Origin: Victivallales bacterium
GTDB taxonomy: Bacteria > Verrucomicrobiota > Lentisphaeria > Victivallales > UBA1829
Assembly (NCBI GenBank): GCA_045639225.1
Contig: JAZUCR010000697.1
Location: forward strand, 1 to 44,597
DNA length: 44,597 nt
Reading direction: 5' to 3'
Below the pieces are notes generated by a model. That model was not told the DNA's origin. It was given only the letters and a program-made list of their open reading frames with translations, and searched no databases. The translations under genes and the position numbers were made by a program. Position 1 is the first letter of the stretch. Each line of letters begins with the position of its first letter. Positions 36,803-44,597 of this stretch are shown in pieces.

Positions 36803-36820
36803 ACCCATCAGGGGCGATTT

Positions 36821-39805
36821 ATGAAAAAGTCAATTCTGATTTTGCTGTCATTCTTTCTGGCAAACTGGCTGCCGGCAGACAATCTCATTCCCGGAGACAG
36901 CAGTTTCGAAACCGGATACGGGATCTGGAACAAGACCGGGAAAATCGTGAAGACGAATACCGTGAACGGATCCTATGCCGTGCGGATCGAGACGGTGATG
37001 AGGAGCGCGATGCTGTTTGACCTGAAACCGAAGGCGCCCCATGTCCTTTCTGTCTGGCTGAAGGCGGAAAAGCCGAATTCTCCGGTCATGATCCAGGCAT
37101 ACCGCAGGAACTGGGACGGGCGCAATATCACGAGGCATGTCAAAGTCGGGACGGAATGGACCCGTTACGAATTGCCGATCCGGCCGCAGGCCTTTGGCGA
37201 CTACAATAAGTTCCAGCTGGTTATTGCGCCGCAGAAGAAGGGAACGGCGGTTTTTGCCGATGCCGTTCAACTGGAAACGGCGGAAAAGGCCTCTGCTTAT
37301 GAGTCCGCCGAACCGCTCCCCTTTGCGTGCGAGGTCCAATGCCCGGTGCCGGGAAACCTGTTTCTGGAAGGGGAAAATCCGGAATTCTCTTTCCGCGTTT
37401 TCAATGCCCGGAAAGAGAAAACCGAAGCGGCTGCCGAACTTTCCGTTACCGACTATTACGGAAAAACCGTTTTGAAGCGGAAAGAAATTCTGACATTGGA
37501 ACCGGGTCAGATATTGGAGCGGAAATTCAAACTGTCCGCACCGGAGAAGAAGGGATTCTACCGGATGGAATACGCGTTGACCGGTCCGGACGGACTGCGC
37601 CGGGTTCGGAAAGGGTCTTTCTGTGTGCTGGCGCATCCGCTGAAACGTCCGGCGGGGACAAGACCACTGTTCGGTCTGTGTTCGGTGAACGCGCGTACCG
37701 CGGCAACAGCAGTACGCATGGGCGTGCAGAGCGCGGCGCTGGCATACCGCTGGTCATACATCAGAAAAAACGGGGAATTGGGAAACACCGAGAGCATGGA
37801 CAGGGCAATCAACACGCTGCATGACAACGGGATCGAAGTGAATCTCTATATGCGGAGAACCCCCTCTTTTGCGGCCATGAAGAAAAGTCCCACCGACAGT
37901 TATCCGCCCAGGGAAGAATATGTGGCGAGCTATGAAGATTTCGCCTTCCGTCTGGCTTCCCGCTACAAGGGGAAAGTGAAGTCCTATCAGATCTGGGGCG
38001 GCGAAGCCGACGGAACGGAGAAGCTGGCGATCCGGCTGGGGAAGGACCGTGCCTGGTTCCTGAATCTGCTGGCGGAGCTCACCAAATACGGGTACAAAGG
38101 CATCAAGCGGGGCGATCCGAATGCGCTGGTGGATACATCCTCCGTCTGCGGATCGGATTGCGAAGGGGCGCGGTTTGCGTTTCAGTCCGCCCTGCTGGCG
38201 AAAATCAAAGGATACTATGACCGGGTGGTGATCCATCCATACTGTTATCCCTGGACGTTCGAGGGCAAAAGATCCGCCCAGTCGCCGGAACAGGCCGATC
38301 TGGTCCGCAAGTATCATACGATTTCCAAAATAGCCGGCGGGAAACGCGTGGTCAACGGGGAATACGGCTTTTTCCTCAGTCCGAAGGAAGAGTATGACAG
38401 TCCGGCTTCGCGTCGTCGGGCGGCCTATCTGGCGCGGAGCATCATTCTGACCGCGCTCTGTCCGGAAGTGGATCACATCATGTATTACACGGTGGCGGAC
38501 AACGACCATTTTACCCTGATCGACTGGCCGAATCCGTATCCCGACGCGGCCGCTTATTCGGCACTGGCGCGGCAGCTCTGCGGGGCGGTTTCGCCCCGGG
38601 AGGTGGTTTTGAGTTCGCTGGCGAAGGCATGTTCCTTCACCGTGCCGGACGGCGGGGTCGCCGCGGTCTGGATCCCCTCCGACAAGGAAATCATGTTCGA
38701 GCCTGCGGCAACAGATTCCGTCCGGGCGTTCGACATCATGGGCAATGAAATATCGGTGGAGAAACCGATCATGCTTTCCGGAGCGCCTGTTTATTTCCGG
38801 AGCACGGAAGGTCAGGAAGCGCTGGACCGCTTCCTCCGGAAAGGGAAACTCATGATCCAGCCTCTTGCATTGGAAATCCGTGCCGCTGATGACAAAACCC
38901 TGACCGTCCTCGCGGTCAATCAGCTGGCCAAAGAACTATCCGGCACGGTCACGCTGCGGGTTCCGGTCATAGGCGGCAAAATGAAAACATTTACGCAGAA
39001 GTTCAGCCGCCTGCGGACGAACGGGATCACGGAAATTCTGCCGGTGGAAATTCCGGACGGGATCGACTTCCATACGTTGAACTCGGAAACGGAAATCACG
39101 GCGGAGGTCAAGACAGCCGAAGGGAATATGAAGCATTCGCAGAAAATCGAAGTTCTTCCGTGCCCGAAGCTCAATTTCACCCCGAAGATCGACGGCGATC
39201 TCTCGAAATGGGAAAAACTTCCCGGCATCGAACTGAAAACCATGGATCATTTGTTTCCGCCGGATGCATTCTCCCATGGGACGTGGACCAGCCCGGCCGA
39301 CCTGAGCATCAAGGCATGGGTCGCCTGGGATGACAGGAATTTTTATTTTGCCGCCCGCGTGACGGACGATGTGTTCGTCAACTCCTTTGATGCGTCCGAG
39401 CTGTGGCGGGGCGACTGCATCCAGATGGCGTTCGATCCCGCCAACGATGCCTGCGGTCCCGGCTACCGGAGCGACGAGGCGGAGATCAATCTGGCGTATT
39501 CGAGCAAGACGAAAACCACGCTGGTGAGCCAGAGCTGGCCGCTGCCGATCCGGTTCCCGAAATCGGTCCGTGCCGTGGTGAAACCGGGTCCGGGATACAT
39601 TGTCTACGAGGCGGCAATTCCGTTTTCCATGCTGGCACCGCTCGAGGCTCGTCCGGGCAAGGTATTCGGGTTCAATTTCGCCGCGCTTGACAACGACCTG
39701 AAGAAAGTGGACTACTGGATGGGACTTACCTACGGGATCTGCGGCGGCAAAAACGCCTCGCTCTTCAAAAAATTCATCCTCACGGAAGGGGAAAAACAAA
39801 AATGA
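36821..39805 (+). CDS. Large secreted carbohydrate-active protein: N-terminal CBM-like domain, central TIM-barrel-like region, C-terminal CBM9-like domain
   Basis: Signal peptide (ILILLSFFLANWLPA). DNLIPGDSSFETG is a CBM4/9-like start. The central region contains YQIWGGEADG and NGEYGF. The C-terminal region PKIDGDLSKWEKLP...AWVAWDDRNFYFAARVTDDVFV...GDCIQMAFDP is typical of CBM9-like domains. Confidence 0.6.
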   Translation: MKKSILILLSFFLANWLPADNLIPGDSSFETGYGIWNKTGKIVKTNTVNGSYAVRIETVMRSAMLFDLKPKAPHVLSVWLKAEKPNSPVMIQAYRRNWDGRNITRHVKVGTEWTRYELPIRPQAFGDYNKFQLVIAPQKKGTAVFADAVQLETAEKASAYESAEPLPFACEVQCPVPGNLFLEGENPEFSFRVFNARKEKTEAAAELSVTDYYGKTVLKRKEILTLEPGQILERKFKLSAPEKKGFYRMEYALTGPDGLRRVRKGSFCVLAHPLKRPAGTRPLFGLCSVNARTAATAVRMGVQSAALAYRWSYIRKNGELGNTESMDRAINTLHDNGIEVNLYMRRTPSFAAMKKSPTDSYPPREEYVASYEDFAFRLASRYKGKVKSYQIWGGEADGTEKLAIRLGKDRAWFLNLLAELTKYGYKGIKRGDPNALVDTSSVCGSDCEGARFAFQSALLAKIKGYYDRVVIHPYCYPWTFEGKRSAQSPEQADLVRKYHTISKIAGGKRVVNGEYGFFLSPKEEYDSPASRRRAAYLARSIILTALCPEVDHIMYYTVADNDHFTLIDWPNPYPDAAAYSALARQLCGAVSPREVVLSSLAKACSFTVPDGGVAAVWIPSDKEIMFEPAATDSVRAFDIMGNEISVEKPIMLSGAPVYFRSTEGQEALDRFLRKGKLMIQPLALEIRAADDKTLTVLAVNQLAKELSGTVTLRVPVIGGKMKTFTQKFSRLRTNGITEILPVEIPDGIDFHTLNSETEITAEVKTAEGNMKHSQKIEVLPCPKLNFTPKIDGDLSKWEKLPGIELKTMDHLFPPDAFSHGTWTSPADLSIKAWVAWDDRNFYFAARVTDDVFVNSFDASELWRGDCIQMAFDPANDACGPGYRSDEAEINLAYSSKTKTTLVSQSWPLPIRFPKSVRAVVKPGPGYIVYEAAIPFSMLAPLEARPGKVFGFNFAALDNDLKKVDYWMGLTYGICGGKNASLFKKFILTEGEKQK

Positions 39806-41064
39806 AAAAGCTGATGTCTCTGTTTTTCGCGGCAGCGGTTTTGCTCCCGCTTCACTCCGCCGAAAATCTGCTGCGGAATGCCGGTTTTGAAAATGCGAAG
39901 CGCACACCCTGGCAATCATGGCCAGGACCATCGAAAATCAGTCCGGAGAATCCCGCCTCGGGCAGGCAATGCATGGCGGTTCCCGCACTTGCCGACCGGA
40001 GCGAATATCTGCTCCAGAAGAATATTTCCGTCAAGCCGGGATATGCCTATACCTGTTCTCTGAAAAGCCGGTCGAACGACTGTAAGAAGGCGCTGAAAGT
40101 CAGCCTGATTTTCCGCGACGGTTCCGGTTCTGTTGCGAACGCTGCTGCGGTCATTACCCGCCGTGCCACAAAAGAATGGGTCAAGTCCCGGGGCGCGGCC
40201 ATTGCCCCGGCGACGGCCGCCTCGGTCGATGTGAGCATCGTCGTTCCGCCCGGAAGCGGAACTTACCATATCGATGACGTGTCGCTGGAACAGGGCAGCC
40301 GGATCCTGGGCGCACACGGAGCCTCCCGGGTGGAGCCGACGAAGGACGGTTTTCGGATCGTCACCCGCTCATATACGCTGGATTTCATTGAAAAACGGAA
40401 TTTCGGACTTGCCTCGGCGTCGTTCAACGGGAAGAAGCTGATCCGGCATTTCTTCCTTTATGTCCCTTTCGAAGATAAAGTCAAAACCTCGTTTTTCCTC
40501 GGCACCAGCATAGTGACCGGCCTGAAGGTGACCGAACGCGACGGCAGTTTCATTTTCACCGTGGAAGAAAGCTTTCCGCACCTGAAAGTGGAACGGTCCG
40601 TGGAGTGCTGGGACAACGAGCCTTACATCAAGTTCACCTGCAAGCTGAAAGCGCTGTCCGATTTCATCAGTCCCCGGGTCAGCATGGATTTCGGCTTCAC
40701 CGGAAGCCTCATTGCCCAAAGCAGAGGATCGCACGTGAAATATACGAAATGGACGAAACCGGGCCGCTGGTTCAATCTGGACCGTCCGGACGATCCAAGA
40801 GTTATCTCCTATCTGGACAATGATGGACAAAACGGCATTGCCCTGATCGGACTGGACCAGACCGGCTGGGAAGAACTGCCGGGCAAGCTGCTTTGCAATT
40901 CTTTGGGGAAAGATGGCGGCAACGGCTTCGGGATCGGCTTGGTCAAGTGGGTCAAGCGGGATGTCCGTAAAGGCGACAAAGTTTCTTATGAGGTATTGGC
41001 CGCCGCAGTGGGAAGCCATGCGGAGGCGGTCCGTCTCGCGGATCAGCTCTCTCCAGGCAATTGA
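39802..41064 (+). CDS. Secreted protein with an N-terminal CBM-like (galactose-binding-like) domain; function unknown
   Basis: Signal peptide (LFFAAAVLLPLHSA). ENLLRNAGFENAKRTPWQSW...YHIDDVSLEQG is a typical CBM4_9-like module. ATGA overlap with the upstream gene. Confidence 0.5.
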   Translation: MKKLMSLFFAAAVLLPLHSAENLLRNAGFENAKRTPWQSWPGPSKISPENPASGRQCMAVPALADRSEYLLQKNISVKPGYAYTCSLKSRSNDCKKALKVSLIFRDGSGSVANAAAVITRRATKEWVKSRGAAIAPATAASVDVSIVVPPGSGTYHIDDVSLEQGSRILGAHGASRVEPTKDGFRIVTRSYTLDFIEKRNFGLASASFNGKKLIRHFFLYVPFEDKVKTSFFLGTSIVTGLKVTERDGSFIFTVEESFPHLKVERSVECWDNEPYIKFTCKLKALSDFISPRVSMDFGFTGSLIAQSRGSHVKYTKWTKPGRWFNLDRPDDPRVISYLDNDGQNGIALIGLDQTGWEELPGKLLCNSLGKDGGNGFGIGLVKWVKRDVRKGDKVSYEVLAAAVGSHAEAVRLADQLSPGN

Positions 41065-41079
41065 TCGGAGAAGGAACTT

Positions 41080-42843
41080 ATGAAAAGAATCAAAACTTGC
41101 GCAATGAGCGGGATTCCCAGGCCGGAATATCCGCGAATGCAGTTCCGCCGGGAGCAGTCCTGGCTCAACCTCAACGGAGAATGGGAATTCCAGCCGGATC
41201 CCGCAAAAACAGGGATGCAGCGCGGATTCTTCCAGTCCGAACAGGAGTTTTCTCAAAAGATTGCTGTCCCGTTCTGTATGGAAAGCAGGCTTTCCGGGCT
41301 GAACATCCGGGAACCGTATGCGGCAGTCTGGTATCGCCGCACGGTCGAACTGCCCGAGGCATGGAACGGAAAGAAAATCCTGCTGCATGTCGGCGGTGCG
41401 GATTATCTGACCACGGTGTGGGTGGACGGCTGTCCGGCAGGCAGGCATATCGGCGGAGCCTGCAGCTGGACGATCGATGTGACCGGTCTGCTTCAGCCGG
41501 GAACAGCACATCAGCTGACGTTCTGCTGTGAAGACGACCTGACCACCGGACTCCAGGCTGCCGGCAAGCAGAGCGACCGCTATGATTCCTATGGATGTCT
41601 TTTCTCCCGTGTAACCGGAATTTACGGAACGGTCTGGCTTGAGGCGGTTGCCCCGGAAGGTCTCGCCTCCGTTCAGATCGTCACGGACATTGCAGCCGGC
41701 ACCGCAACCGTCAGGCCGGATTTTTACAATTTCTCGGCGGATTGCCGTCTTACGGTGAAACTCCTCAAATCCGGCCGGGAGGCGGATGTTTCAGAATGTG
41801 CGTGCCGTCCCGGCGCAGGTGTGCTTCTGCGCGATCCTGAGGTCCGGCTGTGGTCGCCGCAGGATCCGTTCCTCTATGACCTGCTTTTACAGGTATGGTC
41901 CGGAGACAAATTGCTGGATGAGGTGGAATCCTATCTCGGATTCCGCGAGATCCGGATCAGCGGAAACCGGATCCTGTTGAATGACAAATCGATTTTCCTG
42001 CGGTTCGTGCTGGACCAGGGGTATTATCCCGAGGGCGTGTGGACCGCGCCGGACGATGCGGCTTTGCAGCGGGATATTCGTCTGGGGCTGGACAGCGGTT
42101 TCAACGGCGCCCGCCTTCATCAGCGGGTTTTCGAGGAACGTTTCCTCTACTGGGCGGACCGCATGGGATATCTGGTCGTCAGCGAATGTCCGGACTGGCG
42201 GATGGATTTCCTGAATCCGGAAGCCTGCCGCCGTTTCAATTGCGAATTCCGCGAAATCCTGCTGCGGGACCGGAACCATCCATCCATTATCGCGTGGACT
42301 CCGCTGAACGAGACTTATCACAATTCCGTCCTTAAACAAGAGGCGACCCTTCCTTTCAGGCAGTTCGGACAATACGATCCCATGCCGAATACAACTTTCT
42401 ACCGCGATTTCGTGTCCTCCCTGCATGGGCAGGCCCGTGTGCTGGATTCTACGCGTCCTTTCCATGACGCCAGCGGCGGACTTCACGCCGACACCGAAAT
42501 CTGGAGTGTGCATTACTATGCCAAAGATGCGGACGAATTCAAAAAACAGCTGCGTCCCGGCGAACCGCCTGAACTCCATCCGCTTTCCGTGCCTTATGCA
42601 GGACAGCCGCTCCTAGTGGATGAATTCGGCATGGTCAATGCAAAAGCGGACAATCTGTCCGATCTGGCTGCACAGATCCGGCTGATGAACGGAGATCCGC
42701 GATGCGGCGGCTGGTGCTTCACCCAGCTTTACGATGTGGAACAGGAACAGAACGGACTTTTCCGTTATGACCGTTCCGCCAAGTTCGAAATGGATGATCT
42801 GCGGTCTGTTTTTTCAGAAAAACCGCAATGGAGCTTTTTTTGA
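41080..42843 (+). CDS. Glycoside hydrolase family 2-like enzyme (beta-galactosidase / beta-glucuronidase / beta-mannosidase class)
   Basis: LNGEWEFQPD, WYRRTVELPEAWNGKKILLHVGGADYLTTVWVDG (GH2 sugar-binding domain), GFNGARLHQ, and NHPSIIAWTPLNE (acid/base region). Confidence 0.8.
   Translation: MKRIKTCAMSGIPRPEYPRMQFRREQSWLNLNGEWEFQPDPAKTGMQRGFFQSEQEFSQKIAVPFCMESRLSGLNIREPYAAVWYRRTVELPEAWNGKKILLHVGGADYLTTVWVDGCPAGRHIGGACSWTIDVTGLLQPGTAHQLTFCCEDDLTTGLQAAGKQSDRYDSYGCLFSRVTGIYGTVWLEAVAPEGLASVQIVTDIAAGTATVRPDFYNFSADCRLTVKLLKSGREADVSECACRPGAGVLLRDPEVRLWSPQDPFLYDLLLQVWSGDKLLDEVESYLGFREIRISGNRILLNDKSIFLRFVLDQGYYPEGVWTAPDDAALQRDIRLGLDSGFNGARLHQRVFEERFLYWADRMGYLVVSECPDWRMDFLNPEACRRFNCEFREILLRDRNHPSIIAWTPLNETYHNSVLKQEATLPFRQFGQYDPMPNTTFYRDFVSSLHGQARVLDSTRPFHDASGGLHADTEIWSVHYYAKDADEFKKQLRPGEPPELHPLSVPYAGQPLLVDEFGMVNAKADNLSDLAAQIRLMNGDPRCGGWCFTQLYDVEQEQNGLFRYDRSAKFEMDDLRSVFSEKPQWSFF
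42433..42715. repeat. Copy A of a 283-bp segmental duplication (inside the intact GH2 gene)
   Basis: Read by eye against 44314-44597: collinear, with roughly 15-20 substitutions and a single 1-nt indel in an A-run. Confidence 0.9.
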
Positions 42844-42962
42844 AAGGTTCTGTTCCCGATAACTTTCGTTTCACGACGAACGTGAACTGCCGGGCCGCGA
42901 ACTGGACCGTCTGCAGCTCCGGCGAATTGTCATTTCCGCGAGGGGATCGACAGTAGAAGAAC

Positions 42963-43769
42963 TTATTTTACTTCCGTCACCTTGATATTCCGCATCCGGG
43001 TCACAGAATCCTTGTCACCGTCCAGGGACATGACCAGAAGTTTGACTTTGACCGTGCCTTTCCAGAATTTAGAAGCGTCAGTACCGACGGCAAAACCGGA
43101 AGTGACGCCGGCATGGGACTTCCAGCTGTCATCCGGTTTGAATCCGCCGGCAGTATAGATGAAAGAAGCTCCGGCAAACTGCTGACGGACGGCAGTACCC
43201 GCCGGGATATCAGCCTTCAGCGGCTCCTTCAAGACAAGTTCCCAGACTTCCCCTTTCTGCTCGGCATTGGGTTTCACGCTGCGGAGCAAATTCCGGTTGG
43301 GCATGTCTGAATAATCTTCCGCCGCCCCGACCGCGACAAAAGAATGGGGCGATTTGACATTCCATTTCGAAGCATCTTTCACCTTGATGACCTTGTCGCC
43401 TTTTTTGGCGTCTGCGGCAACCGTGGTCAAAGTTTTGTTATTGCCGTTCACCTGGGAAGGCAAAATCGGACGGCCTTTTTCATCATAGGGGGCGAAGCCG
43501 AGATAAAGCCAGGGCTTTTTGCCGCTTTTCAGACAGAATTCGCCGCTGACCCGGTATTTCTTCGCAGGATCCACGGTAATATCCGTTTTCGAAAGCAGCT
43601 GGGTGAATCTGCCCTTGATGACAAAACCATCGTCTGAAGCGGATATGGATTTGAACTGAATGAAATTTTCGGGTTTTTCAATTTTCAGGATGACTTCTTC
43701 CTCCGCGGAGACCATGCCGACGCAGGCTGCCGCCAGAAGACCGGCTGCAAGTTTGGATGTGATGCTCAT
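42963..43769 (-). CDS. Secreted beta-rich hypothetical protein
   Basis: MSITSKLAAGLLAAACVGMVSAEEE is a signal peptide. The ATG at 43769 is preceded by GGGAAAGGAAAAAA. No recognisable catalytic motif. Confidence 0.6.
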   Translation of the reverse strand: MSITSKLAAGLLAAACVGMVSAEEEVILKIEKPENFIQFKSISASDDGFVIKGRFTQLLSKTDITVDPAKKYRVSGEFCLKSGKKPWLYLGFAPYDEKGRPILPSQVNGNNKTLTTVAADAKKGDKVIKVKDASKWNVKSPHSFVAVGAAEDYSDMPNRNLLRSVKPNAEQKGEVWELVLKEPLKADIPAGTAVRQQFAGASFIYTAGGFKPDDSWKSHAGVTSGFAVGTDASKFWKGTVKVKLLVMSLDGDKDSVTRMRNIKVTEVK

Positions 43770-44040
43770 TTTTTTCCTTTCCCTGTTGTTTTTTCCAGGT
43801 ATATGATGCATTACATTTTATTATAAGCGAATAACCGGAAAAATCAAGACCGATTCGGCAAAATAATCCGAATTTTTGTGAAAGGCTCTGTTCGGCGCGG
43901 CTGCCAGAAGTCCTGAATGGCGCCGAATCAAAAAAACTGGTGTTTTCCCCTTGTCAAATTTGTGCAGAGAGTGTAATGTATGACAGACAATATGGTTTTG
44001 AACTTGAAGTTATGATTGTAAACGGGACATCGGGGAATAA

Positions 44041-44445
44041 ATGGGACGATTGAAGATACAGCGGACGCCGACCATCCGCAGAATGCCGACTTACCTTCAT
44101 AAACTCTACCGGATGCGGCAGGATGGCAAGACTTATGTATCCTGCACCGAACTGGCGCAGTATATGAATATCGAACTGATCGTGGCGCGCAAGGATGTTG
44201 CGATGACGGGACTGGCGGGACATCGGCGCTACGGTTACCGGATCGATGATCTGATCAAGGCGATCCGGGAATACGTCGGCTGGGACCACGGCATCCACGG
44301 CGTGCTGATCGGCGCCCGTGTGCTGGATTCTACGCGTCCTTTCCATGACGCCAGCGGCGGACTTCACGCCGATACCGACATCTGGAGTGTGCATTACTAC
44401 GCCGGAAATGCGGACGAATTCAAAAAAACAGCTGCGTCCCCGTGA
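44041..44445 (+). pseudogene. rex: Truncated redox-sensing repressor Rex (wHTH domain only) fused in frame to a GH2-derived fragment
   Basis: TIRRMPTYLHKLYRMRQDGKTYVSCTELAQYMNIELIVARKDVAMTGLAGHRRYGYRIDDLIKAIREYVGWDHGIHGVLIGA matches the Rex N-terminal domain up to the first strand of the Rossmann fold. The GxGxxG and the whole NADH domain are replaced at 44314 by RVLDSTRPFHDASGGLHADT..., which is GH2 sequence. Confidence 0.7.
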
Positions 44446-44597
44446 GCTGCCGGAATTCCATCCGCTTTCCGTGCCTTATGCAGGACAGCCGTTCTTGGTG
44501 GATGAATTCGGCATGGTCAATGCAAAAGCGGACAATCTGTCCGATCTGGCTGCACAGATCCGGCTGATGAACGGAGATCCGCGATGCGGCGGCTGGT
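44314..44597 (+). pseudogene. Copy B: diverged, frameshifted duplicate of the GH2 gene 3' region, continuing to the window end
   Basis: Same sequence as 42433-42715. An extra A in the A-run near 44425 shifts the frame and creates the stop at 44443-44445. The homology then continues in another frame (ELPEFHPLSVPYAGQPFLVDEFGMVNAKADNL...). Confidence 0.85.

Noticed and set aside
42433-44597. Mobile element (IS or transposon) responsible for the 283-bp duplication
   Set aside because: No transposase, integrase or terminal inverted repeats are visible between or around the two copies. The intervening DNA encodes a secreted hypothetical protein and the rex fragment.

Overview
This is a 44.6-kb chromosomal window, probably from a PVC-superphylum bacterium (Lentisphaerota/Victivallales-like). 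That placement is inference only, based on a DUF1559-type prepilin-like protein inside a glycoside-hydrolase locus and a long Bacteroidota-type PurF. Gene density is high, and most long ORFs in the track that lie opposite a real gene are antisense shadows.

Housekeeping content, in order:
- clpB (open at the window edge, so absent from the ORF track), an LptD-like outer-membrane protein, and rsuA.
- dsbD, an Lrp/AsnC regulator with an aminotransferase, and cdsA-uppS-gmhA.
- dnaN-recF.
- gltBD, divergent from purF-pyrG across a roughly 650-bp repeat-rich control region.
- A LacI-controlled glycan-degradation locus: a clan GH-A enzyme, a prepilin-like protein, two CBM-bearing secreted proteins and a GH2 enzyme.
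- A truncated rex gene fused to a diverged duplicate of the GH2 3' end, at the window edge.

The stand-out region is an accessory island of about 8.6 kb (6535-15139) between rsuA and dsbD.
- One arm: a WYL-domain (BrxR/CapW-like) regulator heads a minus-strand operon with two tandemly duplicated, catalytically intact LRAT-type NlpC/P60 proteins and an AIM24-family protein.
- Other arm, divergent from it: four orphan small proteins (one a zinc ribbon), a third LRAT-like paralog that has lost both catalytic histidines, and a TerY-P triad (Hanks-type kinase, TerY-like vWA, PP2C phosphatase). The last four genes are linked by ATGA start/stop overlaps.

I read the two arms as one candidate conflict (anti-phage or toxin-type) system, wider than the described TerY-P triad. 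That is a hypothesis from domain recognition by eye. I ran no database searches.
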